Shown here: positions 59,997-64,000 of the stretch, piece by piece
Numbering within the stretch: the stretch's first letter is position 1
How the letters are laid out: each line of letters starts with the position of its first letter
NCBI GenBank assembly: GCA_039000725.1
Contig: JAWBNO010000001.1
Span: 323,795-387,794 of the forward strand
Source of the DNA: Candidatus Aenigmatarchaeota archaeon
GTDB lineage: Archaea; Aenigmatarchaeota; Aenigmatarchaeia; CG10238-14; SpSt-28
Reading direction: 5' to 3'
DNA: 64,000 nt
The notes under the pieces: model-generated
What the model was told of the DNA's origin: nothing
Seen by the model: only the letters and a program-made list of their open reading frames with translations
The model's database searches: none
Program-made: the position numbers and the translations under genes

Positions 59997-60095
59997 CATG
60001 AGTTAGGGTATCTTCTGATTTCAAGATGAGGAGTATCTAATCCTTTGAAAAATGATAATGCTCCCCACAGCTAGGACTCTAACTCATGCGGGAAA
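59997..60095 (+). other. 16S insertion/intron 2 (about 99 nt) within gattagataccccggta|gtcctagccgtaaacgatg
   Basis: Splits the universally conserved GGATTAGATACCC-GGTAGTCC block. Terminal inverted repeat catgagttag / ctaactcatg. Confidence 0.75.
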
Positions 60096-60347
60096 GTCCT
60101 AGCCGTAAACGATGCCCGCTTGCTGTCGCACGCTCTTCGGGAGCGTGCGGTGGCGGAGCGTAGGTGTTAAGCGGGCCACCTGGGGAGTACGCCCGCAAGG
60201 GTGAAACTTAAGGGAATTGGCGGGGGAGCACACAAGGGGTGGGACGTGCGGTTCAATTGGACTCAACCCCGAGAACCTTACCAGGGCCGACGGCAGGATG
60301 AAGGTCAGGCTGAAGACCTTACCAGACGAGCCGAGAGGTGGTGCATG

Positions 60348-60573
60348 AGAAGAATAGCCCTAAATCAAAAAAGTTTGTAACAAATGTATGAGATATACAC
60401 TAATAAGTATGAAAAAGGAAAAATGTCATTCCAGTCCAGAAGTGTATCGTAATGGTATAAATATCGAAGTTTGAATAAATACAAAAGTGAGTAATTTAGA
60501 ATTAATTGGGAAAAAATAGACAAGTTTCATTGAAAAATACTTACTCTTTTGAAAAGGGCTATTCTTCTGCAAA
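60348..60573 (+). other. 16S insertion/intron 3 (about 226 nt) within ggtgcatg|gccatcgtcagctcgt
   Basis: Splits the GGTGCATGGCYGTCGTCAGCTCGT block. 13-bp terminal inverted repeat agaagaatagccc / gggctattcttct. I saw no ORF of useful length. Confidence 0.75.
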
Positions 60574-60821
60574 GCCATCGTCAGCTCGTACCGTGAGGCG
60601 TGCCGTTAAGTCGGTTAACGAGCGAGACCCCCGCCCCATGTTGCTACTGCCTTCTCCGGAAGGCAGGCACTCATGGGGGACTGCCCGCGATAAGTGGGAG
60701 GAAGGAGGGGGCGACGGTAGGTCCGTATGCCCCGAAAGCCCTGGGCCACACGCGCGTCACAATGCGCGCTACAAAGGGATGCAACCCCGAAAGGGGAAGC
60801 AAATCCCCTAAAAGCGCGCCC

Positions 60822-60858
<37 letters not shown>

Positions 60859-60884
60859 CGGAATCCCTAGTAGGCGGACGTCAT

Positions 60885-60975
60885 CATGTTAGTCGGAAGA
60901 GTATGATTTACATGCACCACTACGAATTTTAAAAAATGAGGAAATGTGGGAAATGATCTTCCGGCTAGCATGAAA
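60885..60975 (+). other. 16S insertion/intron 4 (about 90 nt) in the hairpin between ctagtaggcggacg and cgttcgccgaatacgtccc
   Basis: AT-rich block with the terminal inverted repeat catgttagtcggaaga / tcttccggctagcatg. The boundaries are the least certain of the six. Confidence 0.6.
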
Positions 60976-60984
60976 GCGTTCGCC

Positions 60985-61021
<37 letters not shown>

Positions 61022-61088
61022 GCCAACCGAGTGGAGCTCCCTCGAGGCCGAAAGGTCGAGTGGGAGCTCCGCGAGGGGGGCTAAGTCG

Positions 61089-61147
61089 CCACGGGCGGCC
61101 AGACGAGTTAAAAGCTCGAATGATGATCTTTAATGTCTGGCTACCGG
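61089..61147 (+). other. 16S insertion/intron 5 (about 59 nt) within aagtcg|cgacaaggtagccgta
   Basis: Splits the AAGTCGTAACAAGGTA block. Inverted repeats gtcgcc/ggcgac and gccagac/gtctggc. Confidence 0.65.
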
Positions 61148-61163
61148 CGACAAGGTAGCCGTA

Positions 61164-61250
61164 AGGGTTAGCAGAGAGTTAGATGAAAAAATGGCTTGAC
61201 TCTGATTAATGATGAGTAAGGAGGTGATTAAATCTCTGCTAACTCGGCAA
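61164..61250 (+). other. 16S insertion/intron 6 (about 87 nt) in the 5' strand of helix 45
   Basis: Removing it restores ccgtact-ggaa-ggtgcgg (the helix 45 stem with a GGAA loop). Terminal inverted repeat gttagcagaga / tctctgctaac. Confidence 0.7.
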
Positions 61251-61284
61251 CTGGAAGGTGCGGCTGGATCACCTCCTTAATTTT

Positions 61285-61318
61285 GGAGCGGGGATATAAA
61301 CCCTACCTCTAGGGCATG
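61285..61318 (+). other. 3' strand of the pre-16S processing stem
   Basis: Complementary to 59115-59144 (shared catg, tagaggtaggg and ccccgc segments). Confidence 0.75.
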
Positions 61319-61366
61319 AAAAAATACTATTAAGGTAAGTTTTATTTTTTCAAAGAAATTATTTTC

Positions 61367-63139
61367 ATGAAAAAGGCGTTGTTGATTTTTTTGATTTTGT
61401 TAGTTTTACTAGTTTTTAAAGAAATTGCATTTTCTTTAGATTGTGAAATTGTTTATGGTAGTTGTCCCGTAAGCAAAAAATGTATATTTTCTATAAAATC
61501 GCATCAAAATTCTCATGCTGGAGCTTGTGGTTATTATAGTTATAACATTTGTTGTGATCAAATCTATTCTTATTTCAATCAAACTTGCAATATTTCGACA
61601 TCACCAATTCTTTCGTTTTATCAAATGAATGATTCTCATGTAGCTAAAGGTGATTATTATAACTTAAAACTTTGTGCTGGGTATTTATTATACCCTATAG
61701 ACTGTGAAATACGTGATAATTGTTACGAAGATGAGATATGTTTAATATCCTTATATAATCAGGTGAATTCTCACGTGGCAGAATGTAATTACTATCACAA
61801 CAAATTATGTTGTAAGCAATTAAGCGACTTAGTTATAAATTCTTCATCATTCGAATACGAATATAAGCCGCTTATTGGTAGCACTACTAGAATAAATATA
61901 ACAGTTTTTAATGATGGAGATGCAGATGCATATAATGTAAATGTTTCTTGTTATGAAAATGGAGTGCTATTTGATTCTAAAATAATTAACGTTACTAAAA
62001 AATCTTATTCAGAAACTTATTGTGATTGGGAAGTAAGTTGTAGTGATGTTGTTGTTAAGGTTGATCCTTTGAATGAAATTAAAGAACTTAATGAAACTAA
62101 TAATGAATTTACTCTTTCAATTCCCATTACTGAAATACTAAATGTTTCAATTCTATATCCATTAAATAACTCTTCTTTTTATAGAGGAGAAGAAATTTGG
62201 TTAAACTCTTCAGTAACTTCTTCTTGTAATTTATATCCACCTCACGAAACATATTGGTACTTTGAAAATAGTTTAATTGGAATAGGAGATTCTATAAAGT
62301 TGCAAATTCCTCTAGATGATTCAGTTTTAGGAACAAAAAATATAACTGCGTTTTCTAATTCTTCAGGTTACATATCTTCAAGCTCTTCAATTTTTATAAA
62401 CATTCTTAATAATCCTCCCAAAATTTTACAAGTTTCAACAAATGTTTCTGAAGTAGAATCTGGGGAAGGAATAGAAATAACATGTAGTGTTTATGATTTG
62501 GAGGATTGCGAGTTTTCAAACAATTGTAATTTAAATGTAAATATTTCTATTTTAGATGCAAATAATAATTGGAACAATTTCACAGCAAATAAAATAGGAA
62601 ATACTTTTTATATAGATTATACTGCTCCTTACTATCCATTAGGAGAATATAAGGCATATTGTATTGTTTGGGATTCTGAAAACGATTATGCAATAAATTA
62701 TACAAATTTTATTGTTTGGCAAAGAGCAGTAATTACTATTAATTTAAATTCTAGTTATTATTTCTGGAATTCTGGAGTAAAGGTCTATGGCAGAGTATTT
62801 AGAACAGATAAGAGTTATGTTCAATTGTCTTCTCTAGATGTTTATATTGATGATAAAAAAGTATGCAGTAACATAACCGATATTTACGGATATTATGAAT
62901 GCGAGTTTCTTTCTCCTAGCCAAATAGGAAATTATATACTTTATGTCAATGTTACTGATGAACTGACAGGAAAAACGTTTAGTAATCAAACACTTTTGGT
63001 AGTAAAATTCGTATATGGTGGGGATGAAAAAGAAATGAGAAGAGCAGAAACAGTTAGTTGTTATGAGGTACCTCAGTTAGTTGTTAATCCAGATGGAAGT
63101 ATAAAGAAGGTTTATGTTAGGGTTTGTGTTTGGAAATAA
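61367..63139 (+). CDS. Secreted Cys-rich protein with three N-terminal SH-x(5-6)-YY-x(3-4)-C(C) modules and a CARDB-like domain
   Basis: Signal/anchor MKKALLIFLILLVLLVF. Repeats NSHAGACGYYSYNICC / DSHVAKGDYYNLKLC / NSHVAECNYYHNKLCC. DPLNEIKELNETNNEF is typical of CARDB. Confidence 0.7.
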   Translation: MKKALLIFLILLVLLVFKEIAFSLDCEIVYGSCPVSKKCIFSIKSHQNSHAGACGYYSYNICCDQIYSYFNQTCNISTSPILSFYQMNDSHVAKGDYYNLKLCAGYLLYPIDCEIRDNCYEDEICLISLYNQVNSHVAECNYYHNKLCCKQLSDLVINSSSFEYEYKPLIGSTTRINITVFNDGDADAYNVNVSCYENGVLFDSKIINVTKKSYSETYCDWEVSCSDVVVKVDPLNEIKELNETNNEFTLSIPITEILNVSILYPLNNSSFYRGEEIWLNSSVTSSCNLYPPHETYWYFENSLIGIGDSIKLQIPLDDSVLGTKNITAFSNSSGYISSSSSIFINILNNPPKILQVSTNVSEVESGEGIEITCSVYDLEDCEFSNNCNLNVNISILDANNNWNNFTANKIGNTFYIDYTAPYYPLGEYKAYCIVWDSENDYAINYTNFIVWQRAVITINLNSSYYFWNSGVKVYGRVFRTDKSYVQLSSLDVYIDDKKVCSNITDIYGYYECEFLSPSQIGNYILYVNVTDELTGKTFSNQTLLVVKFVYGGDEKEMRRAETVSCYEVPQLVVNPDGSIKKVYVRVCVWK

Positions 63140-63170
63140 GCTTAATTATTTGATACGATAATTTAAAATA

Positions 63171-64000
63171 ATGAGTAAGAAAGCTATATTTATATTTACT
63201 TTTACTTTTATTATACTATTTCCTTCTTTTTCTCAACCAGAAATATTTGATGAGCAACCTAAAAACGGTACTTACATTTATGGTAAAGATGATGATATAT
63301 TTTCTATAAAGGTTATTTCTAATACAACAATTGAAGGATATTTATACGTAAGAGTTAAAGATCCAACTTCTATATGGAAAGAAATCAATATGAATTGTTA
63401 TAAAGAAGAAACTTGGATTTGTAACGCTACAGTCCCAGGATTAGAAGCTCTTCTCGCTGAAGGAAAATACCTGCTTTACTATTTTGTTGTTACTAGTTCT
63501 GAGGGGGCAAGTTTTTATGGTAATCAATACTCACCGCTAGAGGTTTTAGTTGATAGAACCCCACCATCGATAAGTTTAGCTATGGAGTATAAAGATCTTA
63601 CTTATATTAGTGAAAAAAAGAGATTAATTTTTACAATAACGGACAATTTATCTGGAGTTAATATAGAAAATGTATTTTTTTCTTATGGAAATATTTCATG
63701 GAATTCTAGCTGGATTAAACCTATTTATGATAATCAAACAAAAATTTACATTGCTACATGGGACACAAGCATTTTGCCAAATAATTCAAGTTGGATTATT
63801 TACGTTAATGCAAGTGATCTTGTAGGGAACTATCAAGTAAAAAACCTTGGATTATTTTATATAGATAATGAAGAACCAGAAATAATAGAACATAAGCCAA
63901 AAAGTTATGATGGTCTTTGGGGTTTAGTAGAAATATATGCTAGAGGTAAGGACAAATATTCTGGTGTAAAAAAAATGAAGATTTCTATAATAGATTTTCA
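63171..64000 (+). CDS. Secreted/surface protein, 3'-truncated by window edge
   Basis: Absent from the ORF track because there is no stop. My translation starts MSKKAIFIFTFTFIILFPSFSQ... and the frame stays open to the window end. Contains Ig-like repeat-type sequence (DRTPPSISL..., DNEEPEIIEH...). Confidence 0.6.
   Translation, partial: MSKKAIFIFTFTFIILFPSFSQPEIFDEQPKNGTYIYGKDDDIFSIKVISNTTIEGYLYVRVKDPTSIWKEINMNCYKEETWICNATVPGLEALLAEGKYLLYYFVVTSSEGASFYGNQYSPLEVLVDRTPPSISLAMEYKDLTYISEKKRLIFTITDNLSGVNIENVFFSYGNISWNSSWIKPIYDNQTKIYIATWDTSILPNNSSWIIYVNASDLVGNYQVKNLGLFYIDNEEPEIIEHKPKSYDGLWGLVEIYARGKDKYSGVKKMKISIIDF

Noticed and set aside
60348-60573. Homing endonuclease gene inside the largest 16S insertion
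   Set aside because: The insertion is only about 226 nt and has stops in all frames. No LAGLIDADG-like ORF is possible.
61164-61250. Complete box C/D sRNA encoded in 16S insertion 6
   Set aside because: A CUGA-tta-aUGAUGA pair and an upstream AGAUGA are present. However, I could not find a terminal D box (CUGA) at about 12 nt after the C' box, and the C-to-D' spacer is about 15 nt rather than 12. I kept it only as a K-loop/half-mer hypothesis.
61217-61250. taaggaggtgat in insertion 6 acting as a ribosome-binding site for an intron-encoded peptide
   Set aside because: No ATG, GTG or TTG start with an open frame follows within the usual 5-10 nt. Complementarity to the adjacent anti-SD tail is the more economical explanation.

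Overview
This window is about 64 kb of a very AT-rich, tightly packed archaeal genome. The gene set suggests a small-genome, DPANN-like lineage. That lineage call is an inference from topoisomerase VI, thermosome, PCNA, Orc1/Cdc6, aIF1A/2gamma/5B/6, RNA polymerase subunits D/E'/L/P, Spt4, archaeal ribosomal proteins, SepF and EndA. Most genes are information-processing housekeeping genes.

Accessory content:
- Two type IV pilus (Tad/archaellum-like) loci at about 18.4-25.2 kb and 37.1-48.2 kb, each with a GspE/FlaI-type ATPase and two TadB/C-like membrane proteins.
- Many proteins with a class III signal peptide.
- Three orphan pilin genes, two of them a tandem pair.
- Two secreted proteins at the 3' end of the window.

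Stable RNAs stand out as GC-rich islands:
- Seven tRNA genes, four of which carry introns. One intron sits in the variable loop of the initiator tRNA. One 136-nt tRNA locus needs about 50 nt removed.
- A solitary 16S rRNA gene of about 2.13 kb. It appears split by six AT-rich insertions inside universally conserved core segments, and it is flanked by a long processing stem.
- An unusually long (393 aa) multi-unit tRNA splicing endonuclease is encoded about 1.6 kb upstream of the 16S gene.

I saw no CRISPR array, transposase or integrase. Many ORF-track entries are antisense or rRNA-internal artefacts. All coordinates for RNA features and intron boundaries were derived by eye and are approximate (a few nt).
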